A stretch of DNA of 64,000 nucleotides, taken from assembly GCA_963709405.1 (NCBI GenBank), contig CAVPXM010000053.1, forward strand, positions 32,001-96,000, read 5' to 3'. Below, in pieces: positions 20,984 to 32,686 of this stretch. The DNA comes from an uncultured Nitrososphaerales archaeon (GTDB lineage Archaea > Thermoproteota > Nitrososphaeria > Nitrososphaerales > Nitrososphaeraceae). The notes below the pieces were generated by a model, which did not search any database, was not told the origin of the DNA, and saw nothing but the letters and a program-made list of their open reading frames with translations. Both the position numbers and the translations under genes were made by a program. Position 1 is the first letter of the stretch, and each line of letters begins with the position of its first letter.

Positions 20984-21673
20984 CTAAATCTTTAACCTTC
21001 TTTTTCTTCTAATAATCGCCTCAAATTTTATGGTGGTTAACAAGTATGAAAGTGTAGGATTGATAGCTGTGATTGCTGCTGGGAATCGTGAGAGTCCTTC
21101 AGTAACACGCAAAATGAGTGTCATATCACATAAATGTGTGAATTCTTTAACCTTAATATCTGCATTAATTAAACCACTCTCTACTTGCTGTAAGACTCTT
21201 TTTGTAATCCAAGTCGCATCTCTAAAATCCGCGATAATATGCAATTTCATTTCTTTACCTGTCCACAACTCTGGCAAATTCTTCAAAAGGTTAGTCACAT
21301 AATCATCATCAGTATCAGAAACACTGATTGCTGTGGATATTGGTACATTATCCTCAGGTGGCAAATCTCTTGTTAAAGAGGTAAGACGCTTATCCGAGCC
21401 TCTATCTTGAGAATAACTCTCATCATGTATATACTCAAGTTCGTTGTTTTCAATTTCTGCTTGAGGTGAAGTTTCATCTGAGTCTGCATTTCTCAATTCA
21501 CGAGATGACTTCGATTCAGTGTTTGGTGAATATTGGGGTTGAGGTTCAACATAGCCTAGGTTCTCCTTATTTTCTTGTGGTTCTGAAAATACTGACAAGT
21601 CTTCATCAGGGGGGTTTTGTTTCAATTTTTTCTGAAACCAGTCCTTAAATCCCACAAGAGTACAATGATACAA
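20984..21673 (-). CDS. Hypothetical protein (acidic disordered N-half, globular C-half)
   Basis: 229-aa ORF with an E/D/S/P-rich linker. No family recognised. Confidence 0.65.
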   Translation of the reverse strand: MYHCTLVGFKDWFQKKLKQNPPDEDLSVFSEPQENKENLGYVEPQPQYSPNTESKSSRELRNADSDETSPQAEIENNELEYIHDESYSQDRGSDKRLTSLTRDLPPEDNVPISTAISVSDTDDDYVTNLLKNLPELWTGKEMKLHIIADFRDATWITKRVLQQVESGLINADIKVKEFTHLCDMTLILRVTEGLSRFPAAITAINPTLSYLLTTIKFEAIIRRKRRLKI

Positions 21674-21791
21674 CTTCTTAATAGAACTTTTGCGTTCACC
21701 AAAATTATATCCTGGGTTTGACGACTATCCCCAGAACTTTGGGGCAAAACCTCTGATGATTCCCTATTTTGACAATAGTTATCTCAAACAA

Positions 21792-23306
21792 TCAGATATC
21801 ATAATAGTATAGGAATTGTTGCGACTTTGATTTTTCACCGACTTTTTTCGTTTCTTCTTGTTTAATCATTAAATATGTTTCTATTAAATCATTATTATAG
21901 CAAGGTTTAAGGTATTTCGAATCACTCTTCAGCATTTCCAATGAGTCTTGTAGGGAGCGCGGCAACGATCTGATACCCAGACTGATCCTTCTTGATTCCG
22001 ACATCTTGTAAATATTTTCATCAGTAGGAGATCCAGGATCAATTTTTTTCTGGACACCGTCAAGCCCAGCTGCTATTATTGCCGGAAAGACCAGGTAAGG
22101 ATTTGAAGAGGGATCGGGAGCTCTAAATTCGACTCGTTTTGTTCTGTAGTTGTCTTTATCGTTTATCGGAATTCGGATAACTGTTGACCGATTCCCTCTC
22201 GCCCAGGCCACATAAACGGGAGCTTCAAATCCTGGAACTATACGATGGTAAGAATTTACTGTGGGTGCAACTAATGCGGCTAGTGAAGGAGAATGATCAA
22301 GAACGCCCCCAATGAAATACCGTCCTACCTGACTTAGATTAGCGTATGCGTCATTAGCATCATAAAACACATTCCGACTGTTCTCCAGAGATGACCCAAG
22401 TGAAGAGTTTTCCCACAAACTTACACTGACATGCATGCCCGAACCGTTATCCTCTCTACTATCAAAGTGTACTTTCTTTGAAGTCGCAGAACTGTCAAAT
22501 ATTGGCTTGGGCATAAAATTCGCAACTCTGTTGCTTTTTTTTGCCACATTTCTGACTACATCCTTGTAAATCTGAACGTTATCTGCACTCTTGGTTATCT
22601 TGTTATGAACAAAATTTATTTCGATCTGGCCACTACTTGCTACCTCGTGATTCAGGTTTGTTACATTTATGCAATAGTTCTCCTTCAAGATCCTTGCAAC
22701 TTCGAATCTGAAATCTAATAACGAATCTTGGAAGGGAGGTGCATCATATCCCCCTTTTGTTCTAATTGGGTAATTCCCTATCCCAACTTTTTCCTGAGAT
22801 ATAATGCCGGGACCATCTGCAACATTATCGGCTGGGTCCGTATTATCATTAAAAATGATCTTATCAAAGATGAAGCATTCGACCTCCGCTCCAACTTGAC
22901 ATACTAGGCCGTTTTCGGCAAGCTGTTCCTCCATCTTTTGTGAAACGTATCGTGGGTCTTTGAGTAATCTACCTTTTTCATATCCTCGATAAACGTCTGA
23001 GATTACAGTAGCGGTAACTTGATTTGCAAACGGAAATAGTCTAAGTGTATGCCTGTCCGGAATCAACAATAAATCTGAGTCGTTGATCGGCGTAAATCCT
23101 TCGACGGATGAACCATCTGTTCCTATACCGTTTGTGATCAACTTTTGCAGGTGATCATTGTCAGTCATTGCATATTTCGCCAGGAATCTACCGAGTATGT
23201 CCGTATATCTCAACTGAAGAAATTCTACATCTTGCATGTTAATGTTGTTATTTTCAGCAGAATTAAATGAAGATTCCATTATAGAATCATAACTCTTGTT
23301 AGACAT
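21792..23306 (-). CDS. glnA: Glutamine synthetase type I (divergent)
   Basis: DGSSVEGF, GAEVE, NHEVA..Q.EI, FMPKP, NGSGMH, SYHRIVPGFEAP, NRS, RVEFRAPDP. Confidence 0.9.
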   Translation of the reverse strand: MSNKSYDSIMESSFNSAENNNINMQDVEFLQLRYTDILGRFLAKYAMTDNDHLQKLITNGIGTDGSSVEGFTPINDSDLLLIPDRHTLRLFPFANQVTATVISDVYRGYEKGRLLKDPRYVSQKMEEQLAENGLVCQVGAEVECFIFDKIIFNDNTDPADNVADGPGIISQEKVGIGNYPIRTKGGYDAPPFQDSLLDFRFEVARILKENYCINVTNLNHEVASSGQIEINFVHNKITKSADNVQIYKDVVRNVAKKSNRVANFMPKPIFDSSATSKKVHFDSREDNGSGMHVSVSLWENSSLGSSLENSRNVFYDANDAYANLSQVGRYFIGGVLDHSPSLAALVAPTVNSYHRIVPGFEAPVYVAWARGNRSTVIRIPINDKDNYRTKRVEFRAPDPSSNPYLVFPAIIAAGLDGVQKKIDPGSPTDENIYKMSESRRISLGIRSLPRSLQDSLEMLKSDSKYLKPCYNNDLIETYLMIKQEETKKVGEKSKSQQFLYYYDI

Positions 23307-23977
23307 ATATATACAGACTATTTAATCGAATATAACGCTTGTTGTCATAAATTCTAACAATTGATAATGCATGTATCTGAATAAATCGTATTTGTTAAAT
23401 ATTACTTGTTAAAACATACTTGGATAAAACAGATGTTAAAATGCCAAAAGACATTTTGAACAAGTCTCCACGCACATAACTGAATAAACGGAATGTCACG
23501 ACAACAACCAGCTCACAGATTGTTTGGTTATGAAACTCATAGGCTTAAGCAATCAGGTTAACTCATTCTAAATGAAGACCAAATTTATTGTAGAAATCTT
23601 ATCCCCGAATGAACATGTATACGATTTACTCTATCATCGTTTCAACTGACCTGATTAGTATTAAACCAATAGAATTAGAAGCTAGCAGGGATTCATAGAA
23701 ATAGAATTTCGTGCCGAGGTGCCAATATGACGCAGTATTGGTAACAATAGGTAAATAGTGGATTTGATCGAAGATGCTTGATAAATAGAAGATCAAATAA
23801 AAATCTTGAAAAAAGGTTTAGTTACCTAAATTGCAACTCATGTCATAAAGTAATGTCTGCAGTCATACCAGAAAATCTTGATAGCGTGATACATTGAGAC
23901 ACTGGCATATTAGTGAGAAACAGAAGGAAATGAAATATGGGTCGAACATTGATCGGATAGTAATTTAGTATTATATT

Positions 23978-24565
23978 TTAAGAGTGTGTCGATTGCACAT
24001 GTTTTGTAAGTACATCTTTATCACCATATTCTGTCTGGCAATGAGGACAAATTAACTTCGCCCCTTTATCTTTTATATGCGCGGACGCAAATGGATTCAT
24101 AATACACAATGAAGACGTTATATTAGCCGCATTGATCGTCTCCATTGCTGCTTTTTCCATTTTTACCATTATGTCATCTCTACTTACTATACCGTAGACG
24201 CTATTAGAAGTAGATACAACAAGTTGTCTGATAACATGTTTTTCCATAACAGAAAGAGCGTCTACAATAGACATATCAGGAGGAATAGAAATCACAGGTG
24301 CAGACATTACTTCCTTAATCATTATCTTTGCAGGCGATTTGTGAATCGCCACCACCTTAAAAGGTACATCCGTTTTTGAGACTAATCCAATTATCTGTCC
24401 CCCCCGATCTGAGACAAGGATAGAACGCAGCAGGTTATCTTTCATTGCAGTAATTGCCTCAGCAACTGTCCTGGACTGCTCTAATACGATGACATTCGAA
24501 TTCAATGCAAAAGTGACAGGCATTGATAATAAAGATGATCTGTTAAAACTCTTGTCTTCTATCAC
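23978..24565 (-). CDS. CBS-pair protein with C-terminal C2H2 zinc finger
   Basis: Two CBS repeats, then CPHC-x12-H-x4-H. Confidence 0.85.
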   Translation of the reverse strand: MIEDKSFNRSSLLSMPVTFALNSNVIVLEQSRTVAEAITAMKDNLLRSILVSDRGGQIIGLVSKTDVPFKVVAIHKSPAKIMIKEVMSAPVISIPPDMSIVDALSVMEKHVIRQLVVSTSNSVYGIVSRDDIMVKMEKAAMETINAANITSSLCIMNPFASAHIKDKGAKLICPHCQTEYGDKDVLTKHVQSTHS

Positions 24566-25076
24566 CCTAATATATTATTAAAAGAATTATTTAAATAAAT
24601 TTCTCGATAGTTTAGTACTTATCAGTTCTGACATACTTTCTATATAAGAAGAGTATCTTTGAGTCCGACTTTATTGAGTTTACTTTCAATACCTTCTGAT
24701 CTAGCTTCAAATACTGTACCTTAAATTTAGATAGATCTTAACAAATATGAAAGATCTACGCATGGTGAAAAACAATTAACCCAGTGAGAAAATTCTAAAA
24801 ATATATCATTTTTTCGATCATACAATTTGAGTGAGATCAAGTCTAAAATATGAAAAAGTTAAAAACGTATAAAATAATATGCCATATAATCATCCACAGC
24901 AACTCAAATTTGTGATATGCCTATCGATGGATGCATCTTCAGCAATATTGACAAGGGCAGAAATTTTTATTTGCTTATTCTATTGCGAATCAATAAATAA
25001 CTTAAAGCTGTTAAACAACTTTTCTTGATGTACAATAACAATAACTCATCCAGTAGATGATACAAAGTATTACAAT

Positions 25077-25760
25077 ATGTCATTTGGAAATAAATGGAGT
25101 CGATCTCAACACGGTGAGAGTGTTAGTGAGAGTGTAAGGAATAAGATTCGCGAAGGTATAAAATCATCAGAGCCGCTAAAGCCGCGAATAGAGGATGCTC
25201 AAAAAAAATTGCAGATGCAGATTTCCAAGTTAGACGCGATATCTACTAAGATGAACGAAAAAGATAAGTTAATTTTTGACCGTGTTATCCAGGCAGTTCA
25301 AAATCATGATAGTCAATACGCCAAATTGTTATCCAATGAATTATCTCAAGTTCGTAAAATGAATAATATGGTCGACTCTACAAAATTGGCATTGGAACAA
25401 ATACAGTTGAGATTAAATACAATGACAGAGCTTGGAGATGTGGTAGTCACTCTAAGTCCAGCCATGTCAGTCATAAAGGGAATTCAAGGAGGATTGTCAT
25501 CTATGATGCCAGAAGCAGATCAGTCGCTAGGACAGATATCAGATCTGTTGGGCAGTATCCTGACAGGAACTGGTCAGGCCATTTCTTCGTCCACAGTAGC
25601 AAAAGAAATAGGAGCTGGAGTTACAGGTCTAGATGAGGAAGCAATGAAGATAATCGAAGAAGCTACCGCAACGGTGGAAGAGAGTACTAGAAGTAAGTTT
25701 CCAGATTTGCCATCGTCAGGTAGCATTCCTTCCAGACGAACTGAAACTTCTGTCTATTAG
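25077..25760 (+). CDS. cdvB: ESCRT-III/Snf7-family protein (CdvB paralog)
   Basis: PLKPRIEDAQKKL, LEQIQLRLNTMTELGDVVVTLSPAMSVIK, FPDLP tail, typical of thaumarchaeal CdvB paralogs. Confidence 0.9.
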   Translation: MSFGNKWSRSQHGESVSESVRNKIREGIKSSEPLKPRIEDAQKKLQMQISKLDAISTKMNEKDKLIFDRVIQAVQNHDSQYAKLLSNELSQVRKMNNMVDSTKLALEQIQLRLNTMTELGDVVVTLSPAMSVIKGIQGGLSSMMPEADQSLGQISDLLGSILTGTGQAISSSTVAKEIGAGVTGLDEEAMKIIEEATATVEESTRSKFPDLPSSGSIPSRRTETSVY

Positions 25761-26071
25761 AACCAACCAAATTTTTTTGGAAACTCGTAAATCTGTACGA
25801 ATCTTTAGTGCCTGCCTTTTTTGATAAATATACAAATCTAACATTAACCTAGAATTATGGAAGGGAATACATTTGTTCAAGATGAAATGGCTTAGATTGA
25901 TTTCAACTGACGAGGTCAATAGTTTGATGTCACCTCAGGAATTGTGTGATTTATCAGAGCTAACTAAAAACCTGACGTGTATAATTTTATTTATTTTTGG
26001 AAGATATCTATGATAATTACAATTATAATTATAAGCATGGATGTACATCAATAGTAACACGGTCACAATTA

Positions 26072-26203
26072 ATGCAAAATGTGTGCTGGCGATGTAAGAT
26101 TCAGAGCAATGAAACATATTCCTGTGAACATACTGATGATAGGCAAATGTGTAAGGAGTGTTATAAGGAAGTACATTGGTTGATTAACGATCATAAGAAT
26201 TAG
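26072..26203 (+). CDS. Zinc-binding microprotein (43 aa)
   Basis: MQNVCWRC...CEH....MCKECYKEVHW, with CxxC/CxH/CxxC/H ligands. Confidence 0.55.
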   Translation: MQNVCWRCKIQSNETYSCEHTDDRQMCKECYKEVHWLINDHKN

Positions 26204-26272
26204 TATACATACATATTTTATTACAATTTTCTCCTACTTTTATCAATCACCTAAGGGTAATGTATATTTTTC

Positions 26273-27440
26273 TTAAAATCTAGAATATTCCTTTCCAGCG
26301 AGAGAAGAGCCCCCTATTTCCTTTAGATATTTCATCTTGATCATTTTCTTGAGTTTGCTCGCGGAATATCCAAATAGATCTAATCCTGATATTCTAGAAA
26401 TCCCAAAGTCTGAACCTATAGAAATTGCATAACTAGATCCAGAGTCACCCGGCTTGTATTCTCGCATTGGTTTGCCCATTATTCTAGCGTAGATATTGTA
26501 TGCAGCAACTTTCCCATGTTCTTTCGCAAAAAATGCAGTGGTTGGAAGAGGTTGTCCATGCCTGTCTAGTATGAGAGCTGAGTCACCAATTACAAATACA
26601 TCATTTTTTCCCTCTGGTTGTAGGTAGTTATTGACTATGACTCTTCCCTTATTACCAGTCTTCAGTCCTATTTGTTTAAGAAGTGGACTGGAGACAACGC
26701 CACCTGTCCAGATGAACAAACTACTCTTTATTTCGTTTCCGTCTATGAGCCGAATCGAATCTGGTCTAATTTCTACGATGGAATAAGCGTTACCTACAAG
26801 TAATTGAACGTTCAAACTGTCGAGGTAAATTTTTGCCCATTTGACCGCATCATTTGGAAATCCAATTAGTAAATTTGATGAGACCAATACGATCTTTGGA
26901 CGATTAGATTTAAAATAATCACTTCTCAGTACCTGTTGCAATTTCTCCAGCAATCTCAACTCCGGTAGCACCTCCTCCACCTATAACAACTGTTTTTCCC
27001 ATCCCTAGGTTAGATAGAGCAATGGCTATCTTTTGAGCGTCTTCTATGCTATTGAATAAAAATGCGTGCTCCTTCATACCGGCTATAGAGGGAACAAATG
27101 GCTGGCTTCCCAAAGAAAGAACTAAAAAATCGTAGTCCAATACACGAGAGATTTGTAAATTTTTTGCAATAGATATTGTCTTAATTTCTAAATTAATATC
27201 TCTAATATCTGCTTGGGTAAATTCAATATTTCTATTTTTTAGAATATCTTTATAATAAATTATGGAAAATCCCCGCTTTGAAATAATTTCAGGCAAACTG
27301 GGGAGTAAAGTATGATATGCTCTTTTGTCGATTAGCACTATTTTTGATTTTATGCCCTTAAGCAAACGATCCAGATGGAGGACAGTTTGCAATCCCGCGT
27401 ACCCACCACCTGCAATTAGGATCTGTATCAAGAAATTCAA
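26273..27440 (-). CDS. NAD(P)/FAD-dependent oxidoreductase, NDH-2-like (apparent +1 insertion at ~26936)
   Basis: IAGGGYAG, YDFLVLSLGS, GGGATGVEIAGE, WTGG and VFVIGDSA across two frames. Confidence 0.85.
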
Positions 27441-27822
27441 CTTGTGGATAAGCTACAAATTGATATTAACTATTATGCCACTAATAACTAGAGGTCATGG
27501 AATAAGTCGTCCAGCTGGGACAGCTATGGATAAAGTGTGTCAAGATGGTCTATAGCGTCCAGAAAGAGAGGCAATTGTGGCTACTTGTTTCATTAATCTT
27601 GCGTGCCTATATACTGTGCATAACCAAAAGATAAATTAATTTATGATTTTCATCCATTATCACAATTTCTGAATTAGACACAGATCCCGGTCTGCTCCCT
27701 AGATCCGATTTACTGGCTTTTTGTCATCCGTATCATTATGGATCATTATGGATATACAATAATCAACTTTTGCAGCTACAAATGAACGCGCTTACGAGTT
27801 AAATCCTCATGTTCTTTGTCCT

Positions 27823-28140
27823 TTATTGTAAAGGATTTATAGAGTGTCCTATAACTCGACTTCCTTTCATAATGATGCAGCATGCACATTTCTGCTGGAG
27901 ACAAATTCCTGCTTCGTCATGTTTACAAATAGGGCATGCGCATGCCTCTACATTGGCATCAGTCCTTTTTCTTTGATCTTTTGTTTTTTGATCAGCATAC
28001 AGCCATAAGAGTACTAGTGGTAGGCCAATTATGAAAAATATCATAATTGTTCGTATGGGAATCCGTAGAATAAACAGGCCAATTCCAAAACATATCGTAG
28101 ATATTCCGAGAATGGAGAACCAACGAATAGCAGCGTCCAC
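27823..28140 (-). CDS. Two-TM membrane protein with Cys-rich cytoplasmic tail
   Basis: Two hydrophobic helices, then CACPICKH....C....CACC. Confidence 0.7.
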   Translation of the reverse strand: MDAAIRWFSILGISTICFGIGLFILRIPIRTIMIFFIIGLPLVLLWLYADQKTKDQRKRTDANVEACACPICKHDEAGICLQQKCACCIIMKGSRVIGHSINPLQ

Positions 28141-28569
28141 ACATGATTATGATACGCCTCGTTATTGTTCTTTACTCATCCATATTTTATTTCTCGCATC
28201 GTAAGTGATCCATTTGATGATTTTACCTTTTCGCATAGTTACTCTTATCATTCTTTTTTCTAATAATATCGCTACCTCGAATCATTTCTAACCTAGAACG
28301 TATCACATATTTTCTGTAGGGAATCAAAGTGACATACATCACTAGATAGCTGGCACTCTTCTATTGATTATACCTATCCCAGATATCTCAGTCTCATTTA
28401 CCCGAATCATTCTATCGTAGTAGAGGCTCGTAAAGCCTTGCCTAATTTTACAACCATGGATGGAGTGGAAGAGATGTAATCTACAACAAGAAATACACTG
28501 TAGGTCGACTTGCATCTAATGATTACGTTCACGACTTAATTTTTGAGTTAATTCTTGTCACTATCTTAT

Positions 28570-29153
28570 CTACCAGCTTTTATGTACGCCTGCCATGGGG
28601 GAATTGAATGTACTAGTGTCCTACATCATTCCTCCTGGCCCATGTCGCATCATACCTGTGTGCGGCAGTCCAGAAATCATACTACCCATCATCATACCAT
28701 GCATCATCATCGCTCCTTCCTTAGAAATTTGCTAAGACAAAATCTTCCTGTTTCCTGCATCAACTAAAACTCTGAAAATTATAATTGCTATCTACGACCC
28801 AAACAGGATATACCAGGTATCCGTTTTCTACACCAATATGTGACTCTAAAGCATGCGAGTTATTACCCACCGATTTTTGTGCAGTTGTAGTAGCTTGACT
28901 TAATGAAATTTTGATCTATGGAGCGAGTGCATTTCCAAATATTGTAGATAATTTCAATGATCCTGTAATGTTTGAGGCGTTACCCATCATCATATCCATC
29001 ATGCCTCTTCCCCCTACCTTACTGTTGTATTGTCCACTAGTCGAAATTTGTTGAGCAGTTGCGCTGAGTACCACTTAGTGCGAATGTTCTAGCCATCAGC
29101 ATTACGACGGACAGCTCTGCTACAATGAAAATTGTCCTAAAGGAAGACTTCAT
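28570..29153 (-). pseudogene. PepSY-domain secreted protein with Met/Gly/His-rich segments, pseudogenised
   Basis: ISLSQATTTAQKSVG..ENGYLVY.VWV..VLVDAGNRKIL PepSY pattern and MMMHGMMMG tail. Internal TAG at 28916-18, 28732-34 and 28621-23, plus frameshifts. Confidence 0.7.
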
Positions 29154-29644
29154 CTATAATCTATAAAAGTGACGATTCCAACTACATTAGATTTGCTTAA
29201 CATTCAGACAACATTGATTAAATATGTATTAGACATTCAGACTCGCAAGGATTTCATCCTGAATGGTTGCGTTGATATGATTTATTCTCTAACATATTGG
29301 CAAGATATTAGTCTCATCAATACTGCAGAGTAGGGCACAATTAGAACTCATCCTTCAGACAGCAGAGAGGATATTATAGTCTGGAATCTACGTTTCAACA
29401 AAACAAGATCATTCAATTGAGCGTAATTCCAATTTAATACTCACCAACGCCACATGATTGTCAAGATGTGATGTGATCTGTTACCACATATTATCTGTTT
29501 ATTACTAATCGAACCAGTCGGCAATTAACCCAGTCAAGTTAAAGATGGCACGTTTTTGATTGATCACAAGACATGTGATTTGAGATATGTACCATAAATA
29601 TATTTATATATCAAAATATTAACAATAACTCATCTAGTATAATA

Positions 29645-30629
29645 ATGGTGTATCCAAATCGAAGTTATAATTATATCTCATGAATCAGACCTTGATGGGA
29701 TATATTCAGCCTCCATCGGACTAATACGATACCCACAAGCCCGCCCCTTTTTTCTAGGCTATGGAATAGAACCATTTAAGAAAATGGCAAAATTTCTTCG
29801 AACTGCCGTAAATTCACCGGGAAAAGCAGGGTTAGTTTTGATTTCAGATTTAGGAATGAATGAGGATCGTGATCTGATAGAGATATGCATCGATGTATTC
29901 GTTGATATGGAACAAAATAATTGGAAGATAGTATGGTTAGACCATCATCCTTGGCCGATCAAGGTAGTGAATTCTTTTAGTACTCATGTTGAACTAGTAT
30001 TAGATAATTCTGGTAACAAATGTGCTGCAGACTTAATGTACGACTATCTTTTGAAAGGTAACGCATTGGCTGCAAACCTTGCAAGCATGGCTCACGCCAT
30101 GGATTTTTTTACCAAGACTGAGTATTTGACTCCAGCTGCAGAGCTTATTCGTTACTATAGCAATTTCGAAGATTTCTATGACAGACTTACGAATTTAGCT
30201 CGGAAGGCGTCTATGGGGATACTATGGGATGTAGAAATGCAAATTCAATATAGCGAGTATGCCAGATTGCGTGATTATGCTAAGAAGCAGTCGGTTTCCT
30301 CAATGAGAATCAAGAATGTAGACGGCATCAACGTTGTGTTTGTTAAATCCTCTCCGTATATTCAAAATAGTTTATTTGCTGAAGAATTATTTTCATCGAC
30401 AAAAGCTGACATAGTTATGCTTTACAGTGCGAAGGGAGATGTAAGCATTAGACGAAATACTGATAAGCTTGCATGTAATGAAATAGCGAATAATTTGCAT
30501 TTGGGTGGGGGTCATCAGTTTGCCGCCGGAGCAAGTTTTCATAGTAATCCTCTCGACACTGATGCCGTAATATCAGAATTAGAAGCAGCAATCAGAGCTG
30601 GTCTTTCAAATGGAAAATCGAGCAGGTAG
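29645..30629 (+). CDS. DHH/DHHA1-family phosphoesterase
   Basis: In-frame extension upstream of the 29784 ORF gives IIISHESDLDG, followed by ISDLG, WLDHH and GGGHQFAAG. The start codon needs a frameshift or a non-canonical start. Confidence 0.88.
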
Positions 30630-31202
30630 ATTTGTAATTGGCCATAGATTATACATAGTTCAGGAATTGCAGTGATAATAAATCTGAATCGATTCAGATT
30701 CAGAAAAGACATTCCTTTGATAGCAATGCTCAGTAAAATATAACCGAAGAGAGCTTTCTATTAATTTTATGCGGTCGAGGCCTACTTTATAATCGACAGT
30801 AGAAGATACTCGCCATAACCAGAATTATAAAATAGAACCAAACAATGACGACGATAACCCCGTTAACTAAATAGTAACTATGTAAGTGGACGGCATCTGA
30901 AGCCTTTAAACTTTAGTGTTTCAGTTGCAGCTCATGACGCCACTTGTAAATTAAGCTATGCTCTTCAGTTAGAACCATTTATACTAGCTAATAGTAAACA
31001 CTATACATTCATACTCCATGGCTTAATCTAATGTCTGAACATAATATTAGATCAGATGTTAGAATATCCTCTAAAAAAGTATGGATAGGCTCAAAAAAGA
31101 AAAATATAGTGAAGATTTTATTTCAAATCTTACTCTGATTTTGGATATCCTGAACTCGGATAAACGAGTTATTGAATACCAAACTTTCTTACTTCTCTAG
31201 AT

Positions 31203-31397
31203 TTAGTGTTTGTTGTATTTGTTGTGGTGGTGATGATGCTTGTGGTGGCGGTTATTATTGTCGTCTCCATGATGATGCTTATGTTTGTATGCTAATGCAT
31301 CGCTTCCAACGAGAGGGCCCGATGCGAAGAGTAGCACCATTGCAGTTATAGCAACAAGACTTAATGTTGTTGCGACGTTTTTGCTTAAAGTCTGCAT
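31203..31397 (-). CDS. Secreted His-rich microprotein
   Basis: Signal peptide MQTLSKNV...SDALA, then a 28-aa mature part with 12 His. Confidence 0.75.
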   Translation of the reverse strand: MQTLSKNVATTLSLVAITAMVLLFASGPLVGSDALAYKHKHHHGDDNNNRHHKHHHHHNKYNKH

Positions 31398-31979
31398 ACT
31401 GCATGAATAAAAAACATACTCATTAAGAACTCCATTAGGAAAAATATATATCATATATCAAAAAACCTTCTAATTTTATTGAAATCGGATGCAGATTAAA
31501 ACTTCCACACATAATATAACTATTATCAATAAAATTCTTCTAATCCAATGTTTATGATCAATAAGAAACTCATTTGTGACTCGTGATATTTCCTCGACAT
31601 TACTATCTCTAGGCGACAAGGGCGGAATTTTCTATGGGAATTCTCCTCAGCAGCATAAATTAGGATCCATATATTATAAACGCAGTGCGGCTGAAAAAAT
31701 CCCGATAAAGACATTCGAATCACGAAATCCGAATTTTTGACAATAATATGGGAAAGACTCCTAATTTCAAGAAATTTGCTTCGAATAGTTTATTCCTGTA
31801 CACAAAATATCATGTAGATTACTATAGAAACTTGAAGCAGCATTATCATTCCTCATTACAAACAGCGAGATAATCAATCAATCCCAGATTAATAAGAAAA
31901 TACCACTTAAAGATGCAAATTCACTTGCAGCGAGTATAAATTGGGCAAGATATACAACTCTTCAGCTGAATAATCTAGT

Positions 31980-32162
31980 ATGAACTGGCCACCAGACATT
32001 AAGAATTGGATTCTAGCTAGTATAGTGGCATTTGCAATTTCATATGTAGTTTCACTGATTGCACATGTTCCGTATGAACGAGCTATCGTGGCATCCGCTT
32101 TGGCTGCTACATTGGTTTTTACTGGACTCTTCTTTAGATCTAAAGGGCGACGAGAAAAATGA
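31980..32162 (+). CDS. Small two-TM membrane protein
   Basis: Two hydrophobic helices and a basic tail. TATA-like TATAAA lies ~40 nt upstream. Confidence 0.6.
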   Translation: MNWPPDIKNWILASIVAFAISYVVSLIAHVPYERAIVASALAATLVFTGLFFRSKGRREK

Positions 32163-32686
32163 AAAATTAGATGTCGATGAATTAGGATATCACAAGACTA
32201 TGAACGAAAGAAGAAGCAAAGTACCACGTTCTTGTTTGTGCCCAACAGATTACCTAATCCTAATCTCGTTCAACCTTAGTGAGATCGTCAAATTCTTCAA
32301 TTCTCTTCTTTTACGACCCTATTGCTTTTTCAATAATTCTGCTTTTCATATGAATAATGCGATTTAGGCTTTGACCGTTGGAGACAAATGCCCCTGATAA
32401 TATGCTCAAATATTGGAGTTGGACTGAGTACCTTCATCAACAATCGAGTCAGAAAAATGGATTCAGCAAGGATATTTTCCCTGATTGAGATTGCAAGTAA
32501 AATCTGCTTGTAGATTAGTTTCGATTGATTAGATTACTCGGATCACGATAGGTTGGAAGAGTTCCTCTGAGGTTTTGTCATACTAACATATTCTGTATGT
32601 ACAATAGTAACTATTGTGTCTCTATCGGGTAATATATTTGCAATAAACTTGTGACCTTAATCATTGTACTATGACCCAATCAAGCG

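Noticed and set aside
25077-25760. ESCRT-III gene as a novel system
   Set aside because: Stand-alone CdvB paralogs are well known in Nitrososphaerota, and no unusual partner genes are evident.
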